Positions 1 through 12,333 of a DNA stretch of 64,000 nt are shown one piece after another. This DNA is from Fistulifera solaris. Lineage: Eukaryota. Under the pieces are notes generated by a model that worked only from the letters and a program-made list of their open reading frames with translations, did not search any database and was not told where the DNA came from. Numbering within the stretch: position 1 is the stretch's first letter; every line of letters starts with the position of its first letter. The position numbers were made by a program, and so were the translations under genes. Where the stretch lies: assembly GCA_030295235.1 (NCBI GenBank), contig AP026151.1, positions 310,001 through 374,000 of the forward strand, given 5' to 3'.

Positions 1-2006
1 AGTGATCTGTTGGCCATTCCAGATTTTGCGGCCGGAGCCATGGAGAATTGGGGGTGTGTCACCTATCGAGAAGCCAAGATATTGGTCGATCCGATCCAAA
101 CGTCGGAAAGTACCAAACGAGCCATTGCGCGGACCGTTTGTCACGAATTGGCGCATCAATGGTTTGGAAATCTCGTCACGATGGATTGGTGGACGCAGTT
201 GTATCTCAAAGAAGGTGTAGCACGATTTATGGAGTTTGTGGCGCTGGAGCATTTGTTTCCTGAATGGCTCGTCTGGGTAGAATTTGTACAAGGTGTCATG
301 GGACTGGCCTTGTCGTTGGACTCTATGAAATCCAGTCATCCGGTGGAAGTTCCCGTGAATCACCCCGACGAAATTACGGAGATCTTTGATGCCATTTCGT
401 ACGCCAAGGGGGCTTCCATTATTCGCATGATTTCGTCGTATATTGGAATGGATGTTTTCATGAAAGGGATGCGTCTGTATTTACAGCGGCATGCGTATGG
501 AAATGCAGTCACGGCAGATCTCTGGCGGGCGATGGAAGAGGTGTCGGACGTTCCCGTGTCTGATTTTATGATGACATGGACTGTGGAAGTGGGATTCCCT
601 CTAGTACAAATAGCAGAGGATGGATCCATTCAAACATGTCTATTCATGGGAGGTGGGCCAGAAGTACCTGAAGAAGGTGCAAGTTCGCGATGGCCCATTC
701 CTGTCACCGCGCGCTTGGAAGGTATGGACGAAATACAAGGACCGTGGGTACTACACGGACCGGACGGAGATGATTCTCTGGAGCTATCGCAGCAGATCAA
801 ACAATGGGACAGCGCAGGAAAGTGGTTCAAGCTCAATGTTGATCAAACAGGATTCTTTCGCGTCGCGTATTCGCGTCAACAATCGGACCGTTTATCCAAG
901 ATCATGGATCCGCAGACGAGTCCTTTATCGACTACTGATCGGCTTGGTTTGATATCAGATTGCTTCGCGGCTGGTAAAGCGGGATATTTCTCAATTGTGG
1001 ATGCGCTGACACTGGTGGCCAAGTTTGGGGAACACGAATTGGCAGGTAAGAAAGTCATGTTCGTAGCCGCTTGGTTGTTTATTGTGAGCGATGATCTCAG
1101 TGTCTATATGCTCTTGTTGAAGAGTATGCGGTGTGGCAAGAACTTTCGGAAAATATGGTATCACTGATTTCGATTTATCGATCGGAAGGATTCTTTCCAA
1201 AATTTCAAAAGTTCATCGCCCGTCTTTGCAGTCGACAGTTGGAAATTCTGGGTTGGGACAGCACGCCTGGTGAGAATGCAAGAATCGGAACACTTCGCGC
1301 GAGAGTCATCGGTTTAATGGGATTTACTGGAGACAATGGTGTAATGAAGAAAGCTTGTGAAATTTTCAGTGCCTATAGAAGTGATCCGAAAGGATCACCG
1401 ATTCCAGGTGACTTGCAAGGAGCTATCTTTCGTTGTGCAATTCGATATGATGAAAAGACAGTGTTCGATGGACTGCGCGAGATTTATGAAGGGCCTGGCG
1501 CGTCACCTGAGGAAAAGAGGGAGTGCCTAATGGTGATGGGGAAGGTGAAAGACACGGAATTGCGACTAAAGATGATGGATTACGTTTTCTGGTCGGGCTT
1601 TGTCCGACTACAAGACATTACTTTTGCACTATCATCTTTGGCAACGTCGGATGATGATGGAGGCATGGCCGTGTGGAATTTTTTCAAATCAAATTATGTC
1701 GACTTGTCTAATAAAATAGGAAAGGGATCCAATATTTGGTCGGCGTGCGTTGGGTTATCCGTCAGTGGCCTTACAACGATCGAGACAGCTAATGAGGTAG
1801 AAGCATTCTTTGAAAAGCATCCAGCGGGGTCTGCTAGTCGTCGTCTTGAGCAAGGTTTGGAGGTAGTACGAACCAAGATCATGAGGCGAGAACGAGACCG
1901 CGAAGCGCTACAACTTTTCTGGACGACCTCTTTCCCGACACATAAAATTTGGCGTGTTGTTTTTCATAACGCAACTAGTAAAGACGATGTGCTTGTAAAA
2001 TCATAG
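1..2006 (+). CDS. M1-family (puromycin-sensitive-like) zinc aminopeptidase, 5'-truncated by the window edge, one intron
   Basis: GAMEN motif, HELAH-x18-E zinc motif and YAKG. Intron 1046-1122 (GTAAG...AG) joins ORF 10..1167 to ORF 1131..2006 in frame (ELAE-YAVWQE), giving an ERAP1_C-like C-terminus. The true stop may be 1943-1945 if there is an indel near 1910. Confidence 0.93.
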
Positions 2007-2095
2007 TGGTTATTTCATGCTTCTATAGTATATTCATGCAAGAGGTTCAATGATAGCTGTTCGGCGAGCGTAAAAATACGGCTCGCCCCTTGGTG

Positions 2096-3959
2096 TCACC
2101 TGCCGAGAGAATTCAGATACGAACTTCCTACGGTTGTTCCGGATTTCTTGGAAGCGGAAGGTTGCGTTGGAGCAAAGCTTGGTTTCTTGGACATAGACGA
2201 CTGTTTTCCACCCGAAAGGCCATCTAAGTAAGATCCAGCCTCTGTGGCGGTGCTATCTCTATTTCGTTGGGTAGCGGGCATATGGTTGGCCATGACACGC
2301 CCTTCGGCACTGGCAGAAGATTTTTGCTTCCCATCATTTGCAAATAGGAACTTCCGACAGTGGTGCTCGACATTTTACCGACACTAGATTTCGTCGGAGC
2401 AAACGAGGAGGGTCGTTTGGCATTCGGGTCGTCTTTCGTTAACGATGACAGATAGGGTTTCATAGCCCCGGCGGTCGGTGGTTCCGGATCGTTCGTCAAC
2501 AAGTAACTATACGAAGGCGGAATGGCAGCACTCATTGAAGCAAAGTAGGCACTGCCCATTGCATTGCCCATGGGTTTCGTCATTACGGATGGCTTCGTCG
2601 GGGCGTAAGAGGATTCTTTCCTTGCCGAAGTGGGACCGCCCACGGTATCCAAGTAAGATCCTTGTGACTTGACAGAACCGGGCGATTCGGGTGAATAGGG
2701 TTTTTCGGAAATGGAATCATCTTCGGCCTGAAGTGCCGCCGCTCTTGCAGCGAGTTCTGTAGGACTGTATTGATAGACCGTCGTCGGTGCCGATCGTCCC
2801 ATGGCCGCAAAATACGAGCTCCCCAAGGCGTTTCCGGTCGCTTTGGTAATGATCGATGCTTTCGTGGGTGCATACGACGACTCTTTCGTCTGGGCACTAC
2901 CACCACCGATCGTTTCGAGATACGATCCCGTCTGCTGCGCAGCACCCGGAACAGCCGTCGGAGAGGTAGATTTTGCCGGTACATCCGAACGTAAGCTCTT
3001 AACGTTGTTGGATATCTCCCCCAAGCCCATGTCTTCCAAATAGGAATTACTTAACGCGTTTCGGACTTGCCTAATCCCTTTTGCCCCTGGGGCGTACGAG
3101 GATGGCTTAAGATTCGATGGAGTTCCCCGAGCGACTCCAAGTAGGAACCTACAGATGACGAAGCTACCGTGGGAGCATACGAAGCTGGCGGCTTATCACC
3201 CCGGGACGGCATTACTGGCGGTTTCCTGACCCGTGGGACCTTGACATTGTCTCCTGCTGCTTTGGGAGCCCAATCAAAAGACTTTTTGTTCCCCGGATTG
3301 GATGGCCCATCAAATGAGTTAAACTCGCGGGGACTCGAGGTAAATCGTTTGGGCGGTTGTTGTTTTGGTGGAGCCACTACGGACTGTTCCACTGTGGATG
3401 CCTTGACTATGGTTTTTAAGGGAGAAGTCCCACCCGGACGACTCATAGGTCCATACGAAAGTGGTTTATAACGATCTTCGCCTTGCATCGACGGAAGCTT
3501 GGGAGCGGGTGCTGATTTACGAGCACTCATACCGCGGACGGATCTTTGTTGCTGCCGATACACATCGGTTTCCGTCAAAGTAGCTTGATACGAAGTCGTC
3601 ATTGATCCTTCATTATTTGTGACAGCCGCGTATCCGTACGAATTCGTCGAAGAAGAAACAGGTGGTGGTGTAGTAAACGAAATTCCCGCCAAGACGAGAA
3701 AGGAAGATAGTGCCGAAAGCAGAATGGGTGTATTTTCGGGATCCGCCACGATGAGCTGCATGTATTTGAGTAAGCGCACATCGGGCAGTATATCGGTCAA
3801 AAAAGAAACATCCACCATGGATAATTCGGAAGGTGGTGATTCGACACGAGTTTTCGGGGGCGGTGTGTGCCCGGTGATGACAGTCGTCGGGGTAATGCCT
3901 TGAAAGCCCCAACACGGCAGTGTTCTCGCGAAAAGAACAATCAGCGGCGTCCTTCTCAT
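2096..3959 (-). CDS. Plastid-targeted, single-TM, low-complexity protein with five SYLxxL / S(Y/F)AP repeat modules (about 620 aa after correcting two frameshifts)
   Basis: ORFs 3051..3980, 2224..3039 and 2096..2293 join if one base is added in the G-run near 3127 and one in the A-run near 2323. N-terminus MRRTPLIVLFARTLPCWG-FQ looks like a signal peptide with +1 Phe. Hydrophobic segment ILLSALSSFLVLAGISF; the rest is S/T/P/G/K-rich repeats. Confidence 0.75.
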
Positions 3960-4609
3960 TCTTCTAGTGTTGCTTCGCAATGTAGTTTGTCAATTTGCTG
4001 CTAAATCATAGAAATGCAAGCATATAAAAAAGAATACGTAGTAAAAAATAAAGCCATCGCTTCCGCATCGTCGTTTTCTGGATGGATGTTGCGGTTGCGG
4101 ATCCGTCGTAAACCAACAGATTACGCTACAGTCAAAGATCATCCCCATTCGCGATGATGATTGGCTCCATTCAGTACCGGTCTCTAGCCAATCAACGCGC
4201 AACGAAACATGTGGAACTGTCGTGTGTTTTACCCTCTACTCTAAAATGTATAGTCATCCAGTGTATTAGTACCGATCCGACGGTCATAACAGATGGTGCA
4301 TCCGTTTCCTTTGTTTCACCCATCGCGTCGCGCATTCTTTGCCGAATAAGACATCTCTTTTATTATGTTGAAGTCGAAGAAAGCTCTTGCTCCTCCATGT
4401 TGATACTATGATGAACAGTTAAACAGCATTACTCCTTTCAACAAGTAAAGCAACAGTGAATATCGACAGGCGAAAGACGGGGATCAACTTAACTTATTGA
4501 AGCAGTGTTACCAACGTCACGATAAGCAACAACAAAATCCATCCGATCCGCTTCGTATATCTTCCGTCCGACGAATATTTCTATTCAGCCGAACGATCTT
4601 TCTCCTAAT

Positions 4610-6493
4610 ATGAGTTTCATCTTGTCAATTTCGGAAATACCCATTCCGGGTTCCTTTGTCGTATTTCAAGGAATGCCCGGTGACGGGTTGGTCAATACCA
4701 TCGATTCGTTGCCCGAATTGGTCGTCGAAGACGAAGACGAACAGGTTGTGAACAATCCATTGATGAAGACTACGAGCGTTCCCTTAAATCTCATTGGTAC
4801 GGCCATGCGATCACAGGGACGATTGTTTTCGGCCATGACAATTCCAGTGAGCGAACCCAATATGCAGGAAGAGTCCTTGCAAGATTTTATTGTGGTCAAT
4901 GAAGACGAACACCCCGTGACAACTTCAGTCTCTTCCGCAAACAGACTTTCCACACGACAACAGGAAGCCATTGATCAGTGGAAGGATGATTGCTGGAAGC
5001 AGCAGTGCACGCAATTTCAAGAGTGGCAAGAGACCTGTCACGCCAATCAACGGGCGGCGTCTCCCCAAAATCGCGTTTCGGAAGAAATACAATCGCACAG
5101 CTCCTCTTCTTCTTCGAGTTCCTCGCAGGTACCCAACGCGTGGTGGCTGTCGCAACGTGGCTTTCTCGCCGTATTCGAAGAATTGCCACAACCGTATCAT
5201 ATTCCCAAAGTCATCGATCTGTTGGCGCCGGGCATGACGGTGGTGGCAACCGAACTCATTGCACTGGACAGTCAAGACTTGACGCCCGTTCCGGTATTTC
5301 CCCGCGAAGAAATCGATGGTGTACTCATCTATCCCCCGGCGCGCAGTGGTATTTTACAAATATTGCGAATTGAATGGAACAATCATCCATCGAAACAAGG
5401 CTACGTGGTGTTGAGTCGGAATGGGTATCCCTTCTTGGGACCCGGACTGCCGGCGGCGTATACCGACCCATCGCAGTGGGTGTGGCGTGTTACGTGTCCC
5501 GATGGGGCCTACGTCCGGGCGGGGATGGATTTGAGTTCGACGCACCTGGGGACGGTCCCGTATGGTTCGTTATTGATGGTCCGACGAAAGTTGGTGAATG
5601 GCATGGGACTTTCCCGTCTCCAAGTGTGTGCGGCGTTATCAAAAAAGTTGGGGAATCAGATTTTGGTCGAGACGATCGATGGTTGGTGCAGCGAATTTTT
5701 GAATCCACTTTCGGGACAGCGAGGGAGCATCCTTCAGCCGTTGCCGTTCCCATTGCCGGCATTGTATCGAATTGATCTGCGACCGTCGGCGACGATCCGG
5801 AGTGGGATCGAATTGTCGAGTCCAGAAATTGGTTTTGCTTCTTATGGGGCGCTGGTGAGGGTTACGGGTCGAGCATTTTCGGAACATCCGGCGGAAAAAT
5901 GCATTGAACGGTTACGACTGGCCGGGAATGGAGGGTGGATTAGTCTGCGATTGAACAAACATCCACCGAATGATTCACTGATAGCAGTTCATGAAGGTCT
6001 GGACCCATCGTTCGATCCCGATCAGCCTGCACTATTTCATGTTGAAGAAATGCGCAAAGTCCGAAGGAATCAAGATCCGACGGTAGTGACGAATGGTGCT
6101 TTCATTTCCTCTACCATTCCCATGATTGCTTCGGTCGATGACGAGGAAATATCCGCGGCTTCTTTGACGTCGTCTTCCGATTCTACGATTGATGAAGGTA
6201 ATGGAACGAGCAGAACGGCAAGAAGTAATACTGGCTGCACGTACACAAAGTCAACAGCGTTGAGTCCCTCCGTGAGGCCGACCAAGCAGAAGGAGAGTTC
6301 AACTCCTGTACAAAGAAAAGACGAATTTTGTGTGATCTGTCTGACCGAAGATCGCAACGCGACCATGGTCCACGGCAGTACAGGACACATTGCCTGCTGT
6401 CTCATGTGCGCCCGTATCTTGAAGGCACGGAAAGATCCCTGTCCAGTGTGTCGTCTTCCTATCGATCTGGTGATTCAGCATTTCTACGCGTGA
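4610..6493 (+). CDS. RING E3 ligase with an MDM2-type C2H2C4 RING at the extreme C-terminus and SH3b-like central modules
   Basis: C-terminal CVICLTEDRNATMVHGSTGHIACCLMCARILKARKDPCPVCRLPIDLVIQHFYA. Two V/I-R-x-G-x-x-L-S-S modules lie in the middle. The start may be the ATG at 4673. Confidence 0.8.
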   Translation: MSFILSISEIPIPGSFVVFQGMPGDGLVNTIDSLPELVVEDEDEQVVNNPLMKTTSVPLNLIGTAMRSQGRLFSAMTIPVSEPNMQEESLQDFIVVNEDEHPVTTSVSSANRLSTRQQEAIDQWKDDCWKQQCTQFQEWQETCHANQRAASPQNRVSEEIQSHSSSSSSSSSQVPNAWWLSQRGFLAVFEELPQPYHIPKVIDLLAPGMTVVATELIALDSQDLTPVPVFPREEIDGVLIYPPARSGILQILRIEWNNHPSKQGYVVLSRNGYPFLGPGLPAAYTDPSQWVWRVTCPDGAYVRAGMDLSSTHLGTVPYGSLLMVRRKLVNGMGLSRLQVCAALSKKLGNQILVETIDGWCSEFLNPLSGQRGSILQPLPFPLPALYRIDLRPSATIRSGIELSSPEIGFASYGALVRVTGRAFSEHPAEKCIERLRLAGNGGWISLRLNKHPPNDSLIAVHEGLDPSFDPDQPALFHVEEMRKVRRNQDPTVVTNGAFISSTIPMIASVDDEEISAASLTSSSDSTIDEGNGTSRTARSNTGCTYTKSTALSPSVRPTKQKESSTPVQRKDEFCVICLTEDRNATMVHGSTGHIACCLMCARILKARKDPCPVCRLPIDLVIQHFYA

Positions 6494-6565
6494 GGAATCT
6501 TTCATCTATGAGCTCTTCAATGGAGGGATTTTCGATGCTATTCTAGTTACGGAATGCAACCTGGG

Positions 6566-6732
6566 CTACGACGTTGGATAAACCTTGATAGTTAACATTC
6601 AGTGTTTCTTCTTCTACATACTTGATTATAGTACTTTGTAGCGTAAGTCCTACGATGTTGAATAAACCTTGATAGTTAACATTCATTCTTTCTTCTTCTA
6701 CATACTTGATTATTTTACATTGTAGCGTAAGT
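6566..6732. repeat. 84-bp tandem duplication (2 copies) between convergent 3' ends
   Basis: ctacgacgttggataaaccttgatagttaacattc...gcgtaagt starts at 6566 and recurs with a few substitutions at 6650. Confidence 0.9.
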
Positions 6733-6805
6733 GCATCTTTTCTAATTTGCCTTGCTTCTCGACACACACAGATCATCACAACCAGTGTCATATCTGACTC
6801 CCCAC

Positions 6806-7336
6806 TTAGGGTTCCAGACGGCAGGCAGGACTATACCAACCGTAAATCACTTCGTTGTGTTGATCATGAAGACGACACGCCGGATGAGAAATGGTGGGAA
6901 GCGCTCGCACACCATTTTGCACGGTGGTCAAACAGAACCCTACGACCGGATACAACACCACATCTTCTTCTTCCGATTTCGAATGAAGTTCTTCGATGGG
7001 ATTCACAAACGAAGTCCATCCATCGTGTACTCCTTCGGCTTGCGGATGAAGCAATGAACTCGGAGCGGAAAACAAGCGGCCCACGTAGCGACGAGCGGCC
7101 GCGATGCCTTGCGGTTTGGTGTCTTCCGACGGTGCAACAATTGTTGGGGCGTCTTCTTCGTCCGTGTCCTTTTTATCACAATACGCAGCATTGTAGGCCG
7201 CAATTAGCTGAGGGCCTTGTGCGGGTCGAAGATTCAACTGCATCGACGACGAGGTCGAAGGAGTCAAAACGACAAACGCCGCAGCGTTCTCGATGCATAA
7301 GGTTGTTATCAGATAGATCAAGGCAGTAGTTTTCAT
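6806..7336 (-). CDS. Plastid-targeted hypothetical protein, 176 aa
   Basis: ATG at 7336 gives MKTTALIYLITTLCIENAAA-FVV (signal peptide, +1 Phe) followed by an S/T-rich transit peptide; the ORF is intact. Confidence 0.7.
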   Translation of the reverse strand: MKTTALIYLITTLCIENAAAFVVLTPSTSSSMQLNLRPAQGPQLIAAYNAAYCDKKDTDEEDAPTIVAPSEDTKPQGIAAARRYVGRLFSAPSSLLHPQAEGVHDGWTSFVNPIEELHSKSEEEDVVLYPVVGFCLTTVQNGVRALPTISHPACRLHDQHNEVIYGWYSPACRLEP

Positions 7337-8423
7337 TCTCTCGTTGATAATAGAATATCCAGTATTGCTAGCACACAAACGCTCTAAAGATTCAATCTTC
7401 AATGGTTTTGTAAAAAAAGCAATCATGGGAATGAAGAAATTTCTATTTTTGAATGGCTCATCCATTTTTGTCGTTCGCCGTTTGTCGGCTACGAGAAAAT
7501 GTACGTATGTGGCCGTAGCCGACACCCCGCAGACACCACGACGTCACAGCTGGATATTTTTTCTGTACTGCCGTTCAAGTAGAGGATCGGTCGCTGGAAC
7601 GCAAGATACTGCTTGTTCCATACAAGAAGACTCCTGATTCAGAAGGAACGAACATGGCACCGAAATTCTTCGGAAGGCGTACTAATAAGGAGTGGGTGAC
7701 GTCGGCAAGGAAATTCGTTCGTGACCGACGACCGACTCGTTCTACGACAAAATCCGAACCCCCATGACCATGATACTGTATTGACTGTCGGACCGTGTCT
7801 GAAGTCTCTTGACGAGAATAACCCTTAACTTTAAAAATGATGAACGATACACACAAAAAATGACACAATGACCAATGACAATGACCAATGACCAACGACG
7901 AAATCGATAAGCAATAAGTTTAGAACGAGAGATTGAACATTGAACGTTAAAATGTGTTGATCGTAAAATATTTTGTTTTTTGTTCTCAGCCGAATTCGGA
8001 GTTTTCAAAGAATAATAAGGATGATACAGAGTAGCTTTACCAGGTACTTTTACGTGACGACGACTCTTGTCAAAAAGGGAGCTCCGCTTTACGAAAGAGG
8101 TGTCAGCATCACAAACAAACGAACGAACGAGATGCATGTGGCTCTCGATGATGATATTCATTTGTCGGATTCAGTAACTATCTTTGACGTCAAACTTTCT
8201 GGGCGAAAGCATTCATTGAAAAGGATGTAAATGAATTTCAGAGGCAGCTGTCGTTGTTCCGTGAACAAAGACATAGCGAATGCTTAATATACAAAAATAA
8301 CCTCAAAAGAGAAAATGGAATTATGTAAAGAAAATACAATAAGCTGCCGCTCAGTCATGGTCCTATTCTATCGGAGTGATGACGGCATTATACAGATTGA
8401 TGAATCACCGATTCGTGGGTGAT

Positions 8424-9581
8424 TTATTCATTCTTCTGAGTGCTGACCGAACTCAAGAAAGTTATTGAGGATTACGGCTGCTCCAGGTACACGGAAGAAC
8501 GACCGGAGGCCGCATTCCAGGAAATCCCGATGATTTCATTTTTATACTGGTCGAGTTTACCTCGCAGCTCTGCAATATCAGTGAGTGTTTCAGCAAAGCA
8601 GTGGCATTCATTCAATGCGTAGAGCAGCATCGGCTCTTTTTTATGGATTTCGCGGAGAAGCGTCTTCAATTGCCGACGCTGGTGCTGGACATCTGGGCCG
8701 TTAAAACCCATCATATTGGTTTCAATGTTTGCAATCATGTCGGATGGGAGCATGAATTTGAAAACCTCACGTCCTTTGGACTCTTTCTCGTATGTGGATA
8801 TGATCCGGAGTTTAATGATCACCAGTGCGAGCAGGTAGGGAGCTGTGAGGGGCAGCTCATTCAACTTGGTGCAATCCTCGAATATATCCTTCCAGTGACA
8901 ATTGCGCTCGACGGTAAATTCCCGGCCGCTACCGTTGGCGTGCTGGTACCACTCAAATTTACCTTCGCGGTATTCAGGATTAGTGTAGGCCTCTACTTTC
9001 AATAACGAGCGTGTAAAGGCATACGCCTCGTCGTGTCTGTGCAGGTGAAGGAGCACAAATGTTAGTCGGATAGGGATGTAGGGATGGAATGCCGCATGGA
9101 GTACCATCACTGCTTGGTAATGAAACTTGGCGTCTTCCCATGTTTCCTTGGTTCGAATCTCGTAGGCCAAATCATAATACAACTGCGCTAAGTCGGTTGA
9201 TGCGCATAAGTATTCTTCGACATGATTGGAATTTTCACAGACTTCCCGAATTCGTTGGGGGGAAAGGTCCATGGTGGTCGTCAGCAGGGTCGTATGTCGG
9301 AGCGGAATTTTTGACAATTCCAAGCGTCGACTTGCTTGTTCGTATCTGGTGCAAAAGACGGTGTGTTTTTGCTGGTGATTATTTTTACAGAGTACGCAGC
9401 AATACCACGCCGTCTGACAAATAGTGCAGCGGATTAAGTTGTCTTTGACGACGCCACAGCACTGCTGGCAGCGCACCTCGTCAAGCACGAGTTCGGCGAG
9501 GGTCTTGTCGTTGCCTGAACAGTTCCAGCAGTCGAATGTATCCCAGGATTCTTGAGAAAAAGGACGATTGAATTGGCTCAT
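8424..9581 (-). CDS. MYND zinc-finger protein with helical C-terminal region
   Basis: CQQC...RCTICQTAWYCCVLCKNNHQQKHTVFC matches zf-MYND spacing. Likely start MSQFN at 9581. ORF stop is at 8472, but a shifted frame (DFLECGLRSFFRVPGAA) runs to 8424. Confidence 0.75.
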
Positions 9582-10650
9582 AGATGTATTTGTTTGTTGT
9601 ATTCTCTTTTTTTGTAAGCTTGCCTCAAATTCTGCGAATACAAAAATGCGCATTGATCGCGGTCGTGCCGTTTTACTGTATTACACTTATTAAATTGCTG
9701 TAGGACATGAATTGACGTATAGTACAGTTTGACTTGCAGTGAATACAGACCTGTCGTCTAACTGCAGATTTTGTTTTAAAATTCAAAAGTTTTAGTCTGT
9801 TCGACGTTCGTTTTTTTTGATAGATGTTAAGGAACTCTTTTCACTTCGCATAACGCTAAATACGACCTCGTTTCTACATTTTTCTCTATTGTGACTAACG
9901 GCTAGAACTTCCGCGACTCTTTACGGAACTTTGTCTTTTGCCATCACTCTACTGATTCCTTTGTCGATGATGCGCCAGCTCCTGGTTGATAGTTGACATC
10001 TCGGTGTCTGAACTCTTTGAAAGTACAGTCAAGGTACTTCGTACAAGACTGTCGTCAAGGTGTCAAGTGACAAGTTCCTCTTTCCTCTTTCCTCTTACAC
10101 CTACTACGGAGTATTTTCATTCACGAAGCAGCTCGAGAGGTGAACGCAAAAACTTCGGACTAAGCTTTGGACCGCTTCTTATGCGTGTTTCCGCCAAAAG
10201 TAATGGCTTGGTTCACAGTCCACAATATTATGACTAAGTCGAATTACGATACCGAACAGAAGACGAAGCTATTGCAACGACAGCATGATTTTTTCCCACG
10301 CTCATTCACAGAGGTTAAAGGGTCATTATTTATTAGAGACAAAGAATTTATTAGAGGAAAACTAAAGGCGCCTGAAGTCTTGGAACTTTGAAATTCGCTA
10401 GAAGTGAATGTCGTTCAAATGGACTGCCGAGATCGGATTGTCTAGACTACCAAGATGCCGCAAACTCTTCTTTGGTGGAAGAAATTACATTTTAAGTCCA
10501 AAATGTTTCACTTGGAAAATAGTATAATAGCGCAACCGTTGTGCACTGGTCGCGATCTACATCCACATGTTCTGAAATTTCGTCATGGAATTTGTGTCGA
10601 ACTGAAACGTAGATGGTAGATGTAGCGCTTTCTTCAATGACCCAACGCTT

Positions 10651-12333
10651 TTATTTTCCAATACAAAAGTCGGTAAACAATTTGTCAAGAACGTCTTCGA
10701 CGTCGACAGCCCCAGTGATGCGACCAAGCTCGGAAGCGGCCAGTCGCAACTCTTCGGCTGCCATGTCTACCGCGATGGTCCCCTGTCGGCTTAAAAAGTC
10801 AAACCGCTTTAAAGCATCCACCGCACAAGTGACATGCTGCCTGTGCCGGGCACGAGTGATCAGCGCCCCTTCACCAGAAGATTGAAACGAGCTGCTTGTG
10901 GCTGCTCCTGAAACTCGAGACAACACAAGACTTGTCAGATTATCTAAAAAATGGTCAATACCTTCTTGCGTGACGCAACTAATGTCAAAAATACCAGCAA
11001 GATCGTCTGTAGTAGCTGGATACAAAGAGCTGCTGCTGCCATTGGAAAGTAGATCGTATTTGTTGCGGACCAAGAGTACTGATCCCGGCGTAAGGCTGCT
11101 AACATCCGCGACCCCAGTGTCGTCATAGTCGTCGTCATCTGCGCCTACGGTATGAATGCATTCTGTTAAGACGCGGTCCAATATAGTGATTCCTGCCTGA
11201 TAATCCGTCGAATCGATCATTGATACAATAAGATCAGCTTGAGAGGCCGCAGCAAAAGCTCGCTTCATTCCTTCCCGTTCAATAGTATCATCTGTTTCTG
11301 TTCTGACCCCAGCCGTATCTTGAAGAATACATTTTACACCACCCAAGTTGAGCGTAAGTTCTAGTACATCCCGGGTGGTACCAGGTGTATCTGAAACAAT
11401 TGCAGCATCCCGTTGGGCGAGAACATTGAAAAGTGACGACTTTCCCGCATTTGGCGGACCGAGAATTGATATTCGCACTCCCTCGCGAACTAACTCACCC
11501 CGTCGTTGGTCCGACAGTTGAACTTCCATTTCTTTACGCAATGATTGCATTTGATCAATTACCCCACCCCAGACGGATTCTTGTTGCAATCGGCGCCCCA
11601 CTTCTGGATTCTCAAAGTCATCATCACCAAATCGTTCGTCGTCTCCAAAATCAATCACTGCTTCGGCATGGGCCAAGCCCGCAATCAGTTTCTCTCTCCA
11701 CGATTGATACGTTTCTGACAATTTTCCCTCAAGCTGTTGAAGAGCTTGTAGTCGTTGTGAATTCGTATCTGCCGTCAGCAAATCGGCCAAAGCTTCGACT
11801 TGCAACACATCCATCTTGCCATTGCGCCAAGCTCGTTGCGTGAATTCTCCTGCTTCCGCATACCTTGCAAGCTTGCTTGAATCACTGATCGCTTCCAAAA
11901 CACCCTGTACGACCGCACGACTGCCGTGGCAATGAAGTTCGACGACATCTTCTCCGGTAAATGAGTGGGGGCCGGGGAAATAAAGAACAAGAGCCTGATC
12001 GAGCGGTTGCTCTTTGTAATATAATTTTCGCAATGCCGCATAGCGAGGCTTGGGCAACGGAGTTCCGGGAGTAGTAAGACTTTGAAGAATGGCGGGTGCT
12101 TGTGTGCCTGAGATCCGAATGATCGCGACGGCCGTGGCTTGTGCGGCGGAACCACCGGACGAGAGCGCAAATATCGTGTCATCCTCCAGCAGATCATTAT
12201 TGTCTACTAAATATTCGTTCATCGGTACTGATTCATACGTCGAATACAGACGCGAAAGTATTCTAGCTCTTGGAACAAAAATTTTGGTCGACGAGTCAAT
12301 TGAAAGGAATAAACTTGTCGACGGAAGAGGCAT
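10651..12333 (-). CDS. mnmE: Organellar tRNA-modification GTPase MnmE/TrmE (GTPBP3-like)
   Basis: DTIFALSS, FPGPHSFTGEDVVELHCHG, GEFTQRA, G1 GPPNAGKSS, GTTRD, DTAG, NKYD and C-terminal FCIGK; S/R-rich N-terminal extension. Confidence 0.97.
   Translation of the reverse strand: MPLPSTSLFLSIDSSTKIFVPRARILSRLYSTYESVPMNEYLVDNNDLLEDDTIFALSSGGSAAQATAVAIIRISGTQAPAILQSLTTPGTPLPKPRYAALRKLYYKEQPLDQALVLYFPGPHSFTGEDVVELHCHGSRAVVQGVLEAISDSSKLARYAEAGEFTQRAWRNGKMDVLQVEALADLLTADTNSQRLQALQQLEGKLSETYQSWREKLIAGLAHAEAVIDFGDDERFGDDDFENPEVGRRLQQESVWGGVIDQMQSLRKEMEVQLSDQRRGELVREGVRISILGPPNAGKSSLFNVLAQRDAAIVSDTPGTTRDVLELTLNLGGVKCILQDTAGVRTETDDTIEREGMKRAFAAASQADLIVSMIDSTDYQAGITILDRVLTECIHTVGADDDDYDDTGVADVSSLTPGSVLLVRNKYDLLSNGSSSSLYPATTDDLAGIFDISCVTQEGIDHFLDNLTSLVLSRVSGAATSSSFQSSGEGALITRARHRQHVTCAVDALKRFDFLSRQGTIAVDMAAEELRLAASELGRITGAVDVEDVLDKLFTDFCIGK

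Noticed and set aside
7860..7893. Short ATGACCA-like repeat run
   Set aside because: Only about five degenerate 6-8 nt units; a simple microsatellite with no further support.
10651..12333. Bacterial-type genes (mnmE, also ispG and CLC-e) as contamination or recent horizontal transfer
   Set aside because: They have organellar presequences or spliceosomal introns, sit among eukaryotic genes, and are standard endosymbiont-derived nuclear genes.
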